Shown here one piece after another: positions 18,501 to 25,832 of a stretch of DNA of 64,000 nt. Below the pieces are notes generated by a model. It was not told the origin of the DNA, searched no databases, and was given only the letters and a program-made list of their open reading frames with translations. Source of the stretch: Candidatus Methylomirabilis sp. (GTDB lineage: Bacteria > Muiribacteriota > Ozemobacteria > Ozemobacterales > Ozemobacteraceae); assembly GCA_020722725.1 (NCBI GenBank), contig DYKG01000003.1, positions 45,129 to 109,128 on the forward strand. Reading direction: 5' to 3'. Each line of letters opens with the position of its first letter. The first letter of the stretch is position 1. Position numbers and translations under genes: made by a program.

Positions 18501-20365
18501 CGCGCCGGCAAATCATACCAGATGATTATGCTGCTCGAACCGGCCAATCCTGCTGAATCTAATGCAGTCAGGCGTATTTCATGGCGGCCTGAGCTGAGTA
18601 TGGGCACCACAAGGCTGGTTCCCGAGCCGAGATAGCCATCGATATCAGAGCTCCAGACAATTCTGGCAGCATCGGTAATCAACCCGTCTTCATAATCGTT
18701 GACCACTCCGATAAAATTGATGGTCGAATTGGCGAGAAAGCTGGCATTATCAGCAGGAGCAGTAATTACGCAAACAGGTTTTGCGTTGACTATCGCAATT
18801 TCTTTGGTAGCAGTGCCGATTACGCCTTCGTTGTCGAGACATTGCAAAGCTACAGAATAGCTGCCTGCCTGGCTGAAAGAGTAAGTAAATGAGGCTGTTC
18901 CAGTCTTTTGCATGATGAAATCTGCTGTACCTGTTGCCAGAAACCAGGTCATGCGTTCAGCAGGAATAGCGGTGTTTAAATAATCGCGGCCGCTGCCGAA
19001 AAACTCGATCAGCCCGGGTTCGAAACTGGTGCCGACCGGACGTTCAATCAGAGTCAGAGGTGAAGCGGTCACTTTTACAACTATCTGCTTCTGAGCCGCA
19101 CCGATGCCATCATCAGCCACCACTGTAATATTAGTCGTTAGAGATTCTCCCAGGCCTAATGCCGGCGAGCGCCAGATCATGGTTTTCTGATCCTGACCTG
19201 AAACGATGGTGCCAAGATCGGCGGTCCAGGCGTAAGTCAGATTCAGCCCGGCAGGGAAATCTGGAACTGCTTCAAATTGAGCAAAAGAATCGCCGGGAAT
19301 CTGAAGTGTAGCAGTACCAATAATTTCTACCCGGCGATTGACCGGCTGAACCGCTATGCCATCGGGAAAAGTCACAACCCCTGATGCCACGACGACATCA
19401 AGGCGAGCAGAAGAAGTCAGGCGCGGGTAAGCGAAACCGTCTTCGCGCGCGGAATAGAAAATGGTTGCCGAGGCGTTTTCCGATGGAATTGCCCAATCGG
19501 CGTAGGTATCAGATTTGTAGGAAAAAGTGCTGACCGTGGTCTGCCAGTCGATTGCCAGAGGTTCTCTTTCGGGGTCATAGGCGGCACCGGTCAGACGCAG
19601 AAAAGCGGAACCGTTGGCCGGACTATCGTCAACCGACAGGCTTACTTGGGGAGCCTGATTGGTGATACCGGCCGTAGGAAGCGTTACCCCGACAATCGCC
19701 AGATTATCTTCCCTGAAAGAGGTTGTAGTAAGCACGATTTGCGTCTGTGAAAGATCTTTATCAGCCGGCGGTTCTATTTTGATAGTGCCCATGGCACCTG
19801 TCGGCATGTCGGGCGAAACGTAGTAACCGCCTTCGTCGAGGGCAAACTCTTCGCCCCAGAGCTTGATTTTGCAGCGACCCACCGGATTACCCTGCAGATC
19901 TTTGACCAGAAGCCGCATTTTGATATTCGCCAGATCTTTTTCATACAAATATATGTTTTGCCGCTTTTCCATTGCTTCAGAGCTTACATTCAACTGTTCG
20001 GTTCTGACTTTGAATATCCGCCCGGAAAGCGAAGTCATTCTGGCAATAATCCGGTAATTTCCAGGTGGAACATTGTCGAAGGTAAAATTGCCCTGATCGT
20101 CAGCGCGGGTCGTCATGCCGGGCATTTCTTCAAGAAAAAGGCAAGAATCGATAAATAACCGATTGCTTCTATTGTTTTCAGGGCGCAGCGATGTTACCGT
20201 CGAATCGGTTACAATCGTACCAAAAATACGGCCATTAACCAGTGCAGGACCAACGGGGCTCAAGCCTGTTCCAGCGCCAGAACCTCCGCCGCCGCCACCA
20301 CCACCACCACAGCCGATGAAGATCAATAACCCGATCAGGCAGGCAATGAAAATACGCAGCGCCAT
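12503..20365 (-). CDS. Giant (~2,620 aa) surface lipoprotein: lipobox, Gly9, CarboxypepD_reg-like domain, ~25 tandem Ig-like domains and a C-terminal NHL-repeat beta-propeller
   Basis: A single uninterrupted ORF. The probable start is ATG 20365 (MALRIFIACLIGLLIFIGC, lipobox), whereas the ORF track used TTG 20401. GCGGGGGGGGGSGAG follows the lipobox. DDQGNFTFDNVPPGNYRI is CarboxypepD_reg-like. Two Ig-like domain types (ISSPASGTR...WY...GTDSAG and P..NNG.YFGGQ...F.WYRDG) alternate through the body. NHL blades (YVADTDNNRIKKLD, YVTDRTNNYIIRF) form the C-terminus. Confidence 0.8.
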   Translation of the reverse strand: MALRIFIACLIGLLIFIGCGGGGGGGGGSGAGTGLSPVGPALVNGRIFGTIVTDSTVTSLRPENNRSNRLFIDSCLFLEEMPGMTTRADDQGNFTFDNVPPGNYRIIARMTSLSGRIFKVRTEQLNVSSEAMEKRQNIYLYEKDLANIKMRLLVKDLQGNPVGRCKIKLWGEEFALDEGGYYVSPDMPTGAMGTIKIEPPADKDLSQTQIVLTTTSFREDNLAIVGVTLPTAGITNQAPQVSLSVDDSPANGSAFLRLTGAAYDPEREPLAIDWQTTVSTFSYKSDTYADWAIPSENASATIFYSAREDGFAYPRLTSSARLDVVVASGVVTFPDGIAVQPVNRRVEIIGTATLQIPGDSFAQFEAVPDFPAGLNLTYAWTADLGTIVSGQDQKTMIWRSPALGLGESLTTNITVVADDGIGAAQKQIVVKVTASPLTLIERPVGTSFEPGLIEFFGSGRDYLNTAIPAERMTWFLATGTADFIMQKTGTASFTYSFSQAGSYSVALQCLDNEGVIGTATKEIAIVNAKPVCVITAPADNASFLANSTINFIGVVNDYEDGLITDAARIVWSSDIDGYLGSGTSLVVPILSSGRHEIRLTALDSAGLAGSSSIIIWYDLPARITFLPTDRSVIFAGNSISFLASGTDSDGSVLDVTKFEWYLNNQPAIWQTGESFVIASNSLVPGTYRVRVQGESKLGQADSPTHAIEVGWQLPVITSPASGTRFDPGTSINFAATPNSTGTLNLAWFLNEDPNSFGSGQNVTYSPPNGAYRVSYRGTDSQGFVGSATIGIVVERPPIVTYTPADGACIFAGHNITFNGNAIDTDNNVIPDTRLRWYIDGGFWRTGSVFTVSQGFLLNQMAPGTYQIALEAVGPYGTLATRTHTIRSGITMSQINSPANDSTFTSGTTINFSGVPDSIGPITMQWWANYGQPGATPIGEGANVSTNSLPDGYYNISYFGTDSTGFISSDSINLSIGQFPTMDFSPGAGTAFFAGKNVIFYGVGTDTLTGLPIPANRMAWYIDNTQRLASFSVFTVDPAMVSAVGPGLRQVELRGTNSINAVGKEIKSIYLGVANASISSPLNDTVIPESTMYSFTGTPDTTGPITMQWWLDYNTVGSTLLGNGTTLNAIIPNGNHFITYIGTDSAGVVSSATIRVIVSNSPAINFTPGNGSRLFVGQPFNLTVGGDVVEATAKWYRDSETAAFRSGSPVQVNVGDLSVGLHQIKVEAQNSLGVSSDITNSIYYGVTLAQITAPASGSTFPIGSNVAFAGSPATLAPIDMQWYRSNGGAPVYMSNAASFNTSTIPAGLNTITYLGTDSAGYCSSFSVQILMNDSPTITFTPPADGVSDAVIFAGASFNLAGSGIEAIAPNPPINASTFKWYIDGALFDTGSPATVNAGDLTVGWHTIDAAGVDQYGTTGTGTHDIFYGHPLADIISPASGSTYSIGANINFTGTPDTTAPITMYWYFDYGKAGETLLGNGANLTYSFATRGVKTISYIGTDSAGLLSRKDIQILINETPTMTIAAPVNNGKYFGGQILSVSGSGVDLGGSPILTSTFKWYRDGSSWRNSVANFSATIAELGTGTVNVRLDGTDSFGTTGTVTNTIQTGIDVPQITGPASGTRYALGSNVALTGFPDLTGLIPTEWYWTQGTAVFGAGPNASIATLPRGLHTLSYRGTDSAGTTRSGAIQVVLNNPQTVSIATPVNNGNYFGGQTLAFSGSSTDSGGSAVDTSTFKWFRDGTNFKNGFANFSASVADLPTGTLQIGLQTKDNLGTYNGATHTIEVGISHPSVSSPASGTRYALGSNIALTGSPDLTGVISTEWYWVEGAAVFGAGPNASIATLPRGLQTLTYRGTDDAGTTRSGSIQIVLNNAPAAAIALPANNGRYFGYQTLSFSGTGTDSGGGAIAAANFKWFRDTTNFKSGVDAFTATVAEMPTGTRDIGLQVKDEFNAYGGATYTIEVGVSHPTISSPASGTRFAIGANVNFTGSPDSGGPLTMNWYLDNVTLMGSGANISYAFPTRGLKTITYIGTDSAGLSKSKTIQIVINDPPTFTIIDPDNNGKYFGGQNINFSGSGTDSGGFAIPVASLRWYKNSALYKSGTNSFAGTVAELPTGTINISLGGLDDLGTFNSATYTIQVGIGVPSITAPASGTRFDTGATISFTGTPDLTALIPTDWWWPEGTTSFGGGPTLNTSALTRGVQTITYIGTDTQNTARSSTIQVLIDKLPTFISKPFISSPAKFADGPEYPLPSNYIPIHLASPGMQVTFSVTAQEEDTDIIAPAKINWYEGAVLLGNVATLTRNFETPGSYTYTVQVQDEYNQISTASFTFWIWDSEGYNTFTPLGGAPFGPGTLSGPTAILGFGNNAAFVIDPGNSRIVKLNRLTAGLTTIGDFPSIATETAVASQTHSYLDISYTGTTLYSLGNLSGGNYRIQSWDTGTLHSSIRNYYIPDGNLSTQFKNPFGFCVDANAIYVADTDNNRIKKLDITNGVFFSESQALSTPRDINLINATTLGVSEYGNDKVLRFGNDLNSVASWLSQTVNNPTNFAYSSTGNTYVTDQTAGTPRVHVINSSGNLIYSFGKNGNGIDRGEFTEPYGIAIIQNDLYVTDRTNNYIIRFRTGAW
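13650..17400 (-). repeat. Intragenic tandem repeat array, about 531-bp (177-codon) period, each unit encoding a pair of Ig-like domains
   Basis: Shadow ORFs on the opposite strand recur at 528-531-bp offsets (14474 vs 15005; 14520 vs 15048) and at 1575 bp = 3 units (13782 vs 15357). Adjacent protein units are up to ~90% identical, while the DNA differs at most synonymous sites. Confidence 0.6.
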
Positions 20366-20418
20366 TCTTTCATGATACCCTGTAGAGAACAGACTAAGCA
20401 ATAGCCGCGCGAGAAAGG

Positions 20419-22635
20419 TTAAAAATTATTGAATTCTTCTTCGGGCACGGCGCTGTCCTGCCAGTTGATGATGGTGAAACCGGCCAGCGGATAAGGCGGG
20501 AAATAGTCGCCACCGCCGCTTACATAAGTCGAATCGTAAACATTGCGTCGCACAACTGACTGGTCATCGCGCAGTGAACCACTAAGATAGGTTTTGGCAG
20601 TGCGATTGCGCAGGTGAATCATCGAGCCGTGGTGGCGCAGAATAAAGCGATTGTTTTTGTCAATGAAAGGCAGGCTCTTCATTTGCGGGCTTTGAATATT
20701 GCCGATTTCGTTGCGCACTTTGGTCGGCATGTTTCCGTTGCTCCAGCGGGCATTGAGCTCGGCAGAATCGATCAGCATGGCGTTTACCGTCATCTCAGGT
20801 ATTTTAAAACCGGTTTTCGGGTATTTCATCGCCAGCTTGAAAAGCCGGTCGGCAGCATTCCATGGGCCCAAAGCCGGGTCAGGTTCGTTATCTTCAATCT
20901 CTTTCTGTGCCTGCTCAAGAATTGAATCGATAATCTTGTCACGGGCACCGGCGAGTATTACTCCGGTCATGTAGGCACGGCCCGCGATTCCCTCGATGAT
21001 TGCAACCCGCTTTAAATCACTTTTCAGGCAGAAGCGCACCTTGTATTCTTCAGGTTTGGAAGAGTAATTAAGATAGTCGCGCAGCTTTTTCAGAGCGGGG
21101 TGAGCAGCGATGCCCGCCATGGTTACCGGAATGATTTCCGGCGGAGTTTTTGGCAATGCTGCCAGAGCATTGATAACGTGAAAATTCAATGCCGTCATGG
21201 GCAAACGCTTGTCTGATGAGGTAGTACTCATTTTCGGCGGAAAAACGGTTGCCCCGAGAACCACCGGGTTAAGCTCATCACCGCCGAGTGCCATGGCAAT
21301 TTCATAATCGATCAGGGTCTTCAATTCATTACGCAGAAAATTCAAGGGTTGCGAATAGTCGAACCAGATGCGGCCCATCGATATGACCATAACCCCGTTT
21401 TTATCGGTGCCGTTACGCGGGTCTTTGGTGTAATCCTTGAAGCCCGGTGTGTAATTCTGGGGATTTTCGTGGTTTTGATTGAAATCGCCGGCAATGTAAA
21501 CGTCTTTTTCACAGAAAATCGTCAGACTTTTCCAGGGCGGGCAGCCCCAGATGCGCAGTGGCACTTCTGAATAAAGCAGCACCTTGTCTTCGACATTTTT
21601 GAATTCCCAGCCGAAAAACAGATCGTAAACCACCTCATCGGCCCGCTCGGGATTGCGCCATTTCGACTCTGAAAATCCTTTGAACCCGCAATTGGCTCGA
21701 AGAAATTCAGGCCTTGGCTTTTGCGCGTTTTTCCAGTATGCCGGGTTCAATGGCGGCAATTTCTGCGGTTTTGCACCATGATAGCCATCCTGGAAGTAAT
21801 AATCGATGACCGTATCACCGGACTTTCTCTCGAACTGCCCGAAAGAATCAGGGTCTGAAGAATCGTTGCCTTTTTTGATCGTGACCCGTGGCCCATTGTT
21901 GAATTCGACCTGAACCGATGACTCGGCCTTTATATGGCCGGGCGTAGAAATCTTTTCGGTTTTCAGAAACTCAAGACCACGATCAAATGGGCCGCGCTGG
22001 CTGAAAATCACAAGTTCATGCCCGTAAAGACGTCCTGACCTTGCTTCCCCAGGAATAATTCTGTATGGCCCATAGCCTCCGGTATCGAGAACCTGCCCGT
22101 CGTAGAAGAGGAAGTTTCCTGGCAGAATCTTTTCAATCACCGTGGAAATCTTACGGCAGGCTCCCTCTACCTTTCCTACAGCTTCAAGCAGAAAGTAGCG
22201 ATGTGATTCATCTACAGTTTCAGTATCAAGGCTGTTCCTGGCCCCTATCAGTTTAACTCTTACCCTGAACTCGCCGTTAAGTTTCATTTCTGGAAGATCG
22301 ACCCGCCCCGAATAAGTTCCCCGGTCGTTCCGGTCGAGCTTAAGCTGCTTGAAACTCTTCAGAAAAAGGTATTTGTGAGGGGCCGGTGACGACCATTTTT
22401 CACTGGGAATATAGGGGTTGCCATGGGTGACAAACTGGTAATCGGCTTTCATCTCTGCCAGCACGCAATGCAGACCTGTTTCGGCGACACACAGTGCCAG
22501 ATAATCACGGGCTGATTTTGACAGAAGATTTATCTGGCCGCGCTGAAAATTAAGCACTGCACCGCCGAGAATACCCAGAACGAGGCATACCATCAGCAGA
22601 ACGATCAGAGCCTGCCCGCTTCTGAAGCCGATCAT
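20419..22635 (-). CDS. GspK/PilX-like minor pseudopilin with a large (~700 aa) C-terminal extension
   Basis: The N-terminus MIGFRSGQALIVLLMVCLVLGILGG resembles GspK (R-G-x-A-L-x-x-V-L with a hydrophobic helix and no Glu at +5). The start overlaps the upstream pseudopilin gene in an ATGA junction. The gene is 17/53 nt upstream of the giant gene on the same strand. Confidence 0.55.
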   Translation of the reverse strand: MIGFRSGQALIVLLMVCLVLGILGGAVLNFQRGQINLLSKSARDYLALCVAETGLHCVLAEMKADYQFVTHGNPYIPSEKWSSPAPHKYLFLKSFKQLKLDRNDRGTYSGRVDLPEMKLNGEFRVRVKLIGARNSLDTETVDESHRYFLLEAVGKVEGACRKISTVIEKILPGNFLFYDGQVLDTGGYGPYRIIPGEARSGRLYGHELVIFSQRGPFDRGLEFLKTEKISTPGHIKAESSVQVEFNNGPRVTIKKGNDSSDPDSFGQFERKSGDTVIDYYFQDGYHGAKPQKLPPLNPAYWKNAQKPRPEFLRANCGFKGFSESKWRNPERADEVVYDLFFGWEFKNVEDKVLLYSEVPLRIWGCPPWKSLTIFCEKDVYIAGDFNQNHENPQNYTPGFKDYTKDPRNGTDKNGVMVISMGRIWFDYSQPLNFLRNELKTLIDYEIAMALGGDELNPVVLGATVFPPKMSTTSSDKRLPMTALNFHVINALAALPKTPPEIIPVTMAGIAAHPALKKLRDYLNYSSKPEEYKVRFCLKSDLKRVAIIEGIAGRAYMTGVILAGARDKIIDSILEQAQKEIEDNEPDPALGPWNAADRLFKLAMKYPKTGFKIPEMTVNAMLIDSAELNARWSNGNMPTKVRNEIGNIQSPQMKSLPFIDKNNRFILRHHGSMIHLRNRTAKTYLSGSLRDDQSVVRRNVYDSTYVSGGGDYFPPYPLAGFTIINWQDSAVPEEEFNNF

Positions 22636-23339
22636 GGATGAACTCCGTTCAATTTTCCTCTTATCGAAAAACAGGTGCGAACCTGGTGAACAGCATCGTC
22701 TTCTTTGTTCTTATCGTTGTTCTTTCTTACAAACGTTGCTCTGACATGGACAAGGTAGGGTCCGGTTCCATCAAGTTCATACGGGTCAAAATTAAGCAGA
22801 TTTTTAAAAGGCAGGCCGGAAGCAAAACCGGTAAGTGAAACCGGCTTTCTGTTAGTCGTATAAATCAGCATTTCTTTGATGCCTTCACAGATTTTTTTTC
22901 GATGTTTTTTTTTGTTTCCGGGAATGTTTGATTTGACCAGGCGATAAAGGTCGCTGGTACCATCGTCACATTTTTCAAGCGAATATTCAATTATTTCTTC
23001 ACGCAGAAAACCCGGATCAGGTGGCTTCAGGGCGAAATCAAAAAACTGTTGTCTTAAAGAACAGACCTTGCCCTCATTGGTCGCCATAAGCTGTGGGACA
23101 GTCTGACGATTGGTCTGCCGAGGAAAATCGAGCCAGGCTGAATTTCGAATGTCGTTGCCAAGATGGGCAAAAAATCGGCGGGCATTCTCGTTGACGCCGA
23201 TGTGTTCCAGGGCTGTTTTAATCTGCCGGACTTCGGCAAAAAACAGCCTATAAACCGCCAGCATAAGCACAGAAAACAAAGCAGCGGCAATTATTACTTC
23301 AAAAAGAGTAATAGCATTGCGTTTGTTTGAAATTTTCAT
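22632..23339 (-). CDS. Minor pseudopilin (PilW/GspJ-like) with a prepilin-type N-terminal domain
   Basis: Prepilin leader and helix MKISNKRNA|ITLFEVIIAAALFSVLMLAV, with Glu at +5 and Ala instead of Gly at -1. Confidence 0.6.
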   Translation of the reverse strand: MKISNKRNAITLFEVIIAAALFSVLMLAVYRLFFAEVRQIKTALEHIGVNENARRFFAHLGNDIRNSAWLDFPRQTNRQTVPQLMATNEGKVCSLRQQFFDFALKPPDPGFLREEIIEYSLEKCDDGTSDLYRLVKSNIPGNKKKHRKKICEGIKEMLIYTTNRKPVSLTGFASGLPFKNLLNFDPYELDGTGPYLVHVRATFVRKNNDKNKEDDAVHQVRTCFSIRGKLNGVHP

Positions 23340-23346
23340 TTGATTT

Positions 23347-23835
23347 TTACCACAGATCGCAATGGGCGGTTACCGTTTCAAAAACAACCGATTTGCCATC
23401 AACACCGGATTTCCACTCAACCCTGACCTTGACCAGCTTCAGCCCAGATTCGACATCGGGATTATCAGAAGGAACCTCTTCAACGTTGATTGTGCGACGA
23501 TACTTCACTCCGCCGATCTCTATCACAGGCACAAAACCGTCACCATTTTTTACGTCATACGGGTTCTCGGACGAATGAAAATCTGCTATCAGGGTATTTT
23601 TTCGACCATCGCGGTCAACCCCGATTTCTCGGCCACGAGCGGCTCTAATCGCTTCAATTGCCTGGTTTGTCAGGAAAATTGCATTTTCATAATTTCTGAC
23701 TTTTGCCACTCCGGTAAAACTGCTCGAAATTGTCCAGCCGATAATAAAAACTACAACCATCAGCAATCCAGCAATGATGATTTCCACAAAAGTCATCGCT
23801 TTTCGATTTTCTGTATTCATAGCCTTTCTGCGCAT
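23347..23835 (-). CDS. Minor pseudopilin (GspH/I or PilV-like) with a prepilin-type N-terminal domain
   Basis: N-terminus ...NRKA|MTFVEIIIAGLLMVVVFI with Glu at +5. The first gene of the minus-strand pilin operon. The true start may be Met6 (23820). Confidence 0.55.
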   Translation of the reverse strand: MRRKAMNTENRKAMTFVEIIIAGLLMVVVFIIGWTISSSFTGVAKVRNYENAIFLTNQAIEAIRAARGREIGVDRDGRKNTLIADFHSSENPYDVKNGDGFVPVIEIGGVKYRRTINVEEVPSDNPDVESGLKLVKVRVEWKSGVDGKSVVFETVTAHCDLW

Positions 23836-23903
23836 TCAAGAGAACCTTAATTTTGTATCAGGCGCTTCTGCCCTGAATTTTATCACAAAAAACTTTTGAA
23901 TAA

Positions 23904-23946
23904 GCAGAAAAAAATTAAGCCCTGCAGCCGAATTCGACTACAGGGC
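23904..23946 (-). terminator. Rho-independent terminator downstream of the 23963-25734 secreted-protein gene pair
   Basis: Stem GCCCTGCAG/CTACAGGGC (23919-23927 / 23938-23946, 8 of 9 bp) followed on the minus strand by TTAATTTTTTTCT. Confidence 0.5.
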
Positions 23947-23962
23947 CATTTGAAAACGCCAA

Positions 23963-24949
23963 TCAGAAAATATCTTGCGGGTTGAGCCCGGCTTCCATTA
24001 TTACCATGTCTGGTGTCCGGCCGGTTCCATCGCGAAGATCCTGGGTTTCGGGGCCATCGACGATTTCTTTAACGAATTTCGGGTCGAGACAGGGGTTTTC
24101 CTGGTTCGAATTGGGAGGATTGGGAGCATCGCCAGTGGGAACCCAGACGAAATCGGGGTGATTCCTGCTTGAAGAACCGGTCCACTCGCCCTCGATAATA
24201 TTGCCATTACCATCGAGAAAAAGGTTATAGGTATAGGTAGTGCTGAACCATTTTGTACCGAGAAAATCAGGTTTAACTCCATCGTCGGCGTAATAAACCG
24301 TGGTTTTAACCTTGAGTTTGGAATCATCGAACCATCCGGTTGACCAGCTTGATTCGAATTTGAACATGGGGAAATTCCAGACCTGGTTGTCCCACGAAGT
24401 GTCGCAGATCATGGCGCTCTTACCAGATGCAATATATTCCATTAGCAATCGGTGAAATTCATCGGGATAAATATCATCGGGGTCATCATTGCTTTTGCCC
24501 CAGTTACGATTGCCGTAGAATTTACAGTAGGTATTCATGTAAAGTTCTGACAGAATAGCCTTCTGGTCTGAGGTTTCAAAAACGATTCCGTTTCTAACAT
24601 GTTTTTTTCTTGGTTCGGGGGTAAGCATCGATGCAGCTGACCAGCCATTGCAATGGCCTTCCCAGTTTTCGGCATTGGGATTGTAATGGGCGTTGCGCGG
24701 ATTGCTTTCCCAAGCATGAGCGCCAGGGTTTTTACCGGTGCGGCTCTGAACGAAGGCATCATAGCGTTCGAGTGGCGATGGACTGTGACCCGGCCAGCCT
24801 TTAACCATGAATCCTTTTTTACGTGACCACCAGTCACCAGACCATGGAGCCGGCTTGATTTCACCGGATGCGGAACCATCATCAGCAGCAACTGCAACTA
24901 ATGGAGAAAATAACGACAGCACTAAAACAATTAACAGAGTCTTATTCAT
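23963..24949 (-). CDS. Secreted hypothetical protein (signal peptide) with a Cys-containing motif reminiscent of thiol-hydrolase active sites
   Basis: Signal peptide MNKTLLIVLVLSLFSPLVAVAADDG. The motif WEGHCNGWSAASM loosely resembles the papain-type CGSCWAFS region. A His-containing stretch (NHPDFVWVP) lies downstream. Trp-rich, with no other recognisable domain. Confidence 0.35.
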   Translation of the reverse strand: MNKTLLIVLVLSLFSPLVAVAADDGSASGEIKPAPWSGDWWSRKKGFMVKGWPGHSPSPLERYDAFVQSRTGKNPGAHAWESNPRNAHYNPNAENWEGHCNGWSAASMLTPEPRKKHVRNGIVFETSDQKAILSELYMNTYCKFYGNRNWGKSNDDPDDIYPDEFHRLLMEYIASGKSAMICDTSWDNQVWNFPMFKFESSWSTGWFDDSKLKVKTTVYYADDGVKPDFLGTKWFSTTYTYNLFLDGNGNIIEGEWTGSSSRNHPDFVWVPTGDAPNPPNSNQENPCLDPKFVKEIVDGPETQDLRDGTGRTPDMVIMEAGLNPQDIF

Positions 24950-25734
24950 CAGTCATTGCCTCCGTTCTGGTTGTTCTGACCGGCATTTTTCGGCAGCAGC
25001 AGGCGAATTTTGCGAGCAACGCTTTCAGAGCGCAAAGCCCAGGGTGAGCCTTCCTGCCACAGCTGCATCAGACTGGTATTTGATCGTGGTTCAGCGAGTT
25101 CAACCTGAAAATTCCGGCTGTTTGAGCGATAAGCATTGAAAGTATCAGCAAACTGCTTTTCAGGAGCTTTGTTTTTCTGGGCGACGGTTCGCTTGAAAGA
25201 AAGGTTACCTACTTTGGTAACCCGGCTGAAGCTCTGGGCCACCGGTTCACTGCGATAGGCATTGAATCCATCGGCATTCTGTATGGCGGCATCAGATCGA
25301 ACCAACGGAAAAACCGGAAGATCGTAGGGAACCAGAGTATCTTCCGCCAGCAATGGCTGGGGGTTCATCGGATCAAGGTCTCTTTCGCTGCTCTTAACAC
25401 CTTCATTCGTCGGGTAAATATCGATAACGCGAATTGGCCGAAGATCATCGACTGCCAGCCACAGAACCGCCTGAACTTTCATCGAAACATTGCGCGGAAA
25501 AACATGAATAACATAGCAGTTTTGATCGGCAATGGCCTTGATGGCCCTGACTTTGAACACCCATTGAATAGGGGGCATCCAGACTTCACCTGGCAAACGC
25601 ATATCGCGGTATGAAGCTTCGAGAAGCCAATGATCGCCCACATTCCATTTCGGCACAAAACCCTCAGCCGCGCTTAACGGGCTGGAACACAGCAGCACAA
25701 CCGCCATCACCAATCCAGGAATCCAGTTTCGCAT
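24949..25734 (-). CDS. Secreted hypothetical protein with an internal duplicated FNAYRS motif
   Basis: Signal peptide MRNWIPGLVMAVVLLCSSPLSAAEG. The stop shares the nucleotide that begins the downstream gene (operon). No recognisable domain. Confidence 0.4.
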   Translation of the reverse strand: MRNWIPGLVMAVVLLCSSPLSAAEGFVPKWNVGDHWLLEASYRDMRLPGEVWMPPIQWVFKVRAIKAIADQNCYVIHVFPRNVSMKVQAVLWLAVDDLRPIRVIDIYPTNEGVKSSERDLDPMNPQPLLAEDTLVPYDLPVFPLVRSDAAIQNADGFNAYRSEPVAQSFSRVTKVGNLSFKRTVAQKNKAPEKQFADTFNAYRSNSRNFQVELAEPRSNTSLMQLWQEGSPWALRSESVARKIRLLLPKNAGQNNQNGGND

Positions 25735-25832
25735 TTTCTACCTCCGAACGGAGAATCGTACAGTAAGTTTACTCACAAAAAAGCAATGCGTCAATTATCA
25801 ACCATAAGGTAAGATTGGCTAAAATAAAAGAA

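Noticed and set aside
12671-20057. Numerous 60-150-aa plus-strand ORFs inside 12503-20365 and minus-strand ORFs inside 7876-12363
   Set aside because: All are embedded in the two giant ORFs, whose uninterrupted length and domain periodicity make them the true genes. They were used only as evidence of repeat periodicity.
20115-20375. 86-aa ORF with a poly-Pro run (PAPEPPPPPPPPPQP)
   Set aside because: It is the reverse-complement reading of the (GGY)n Gly-linker tract of the giant lipoprotein gene.
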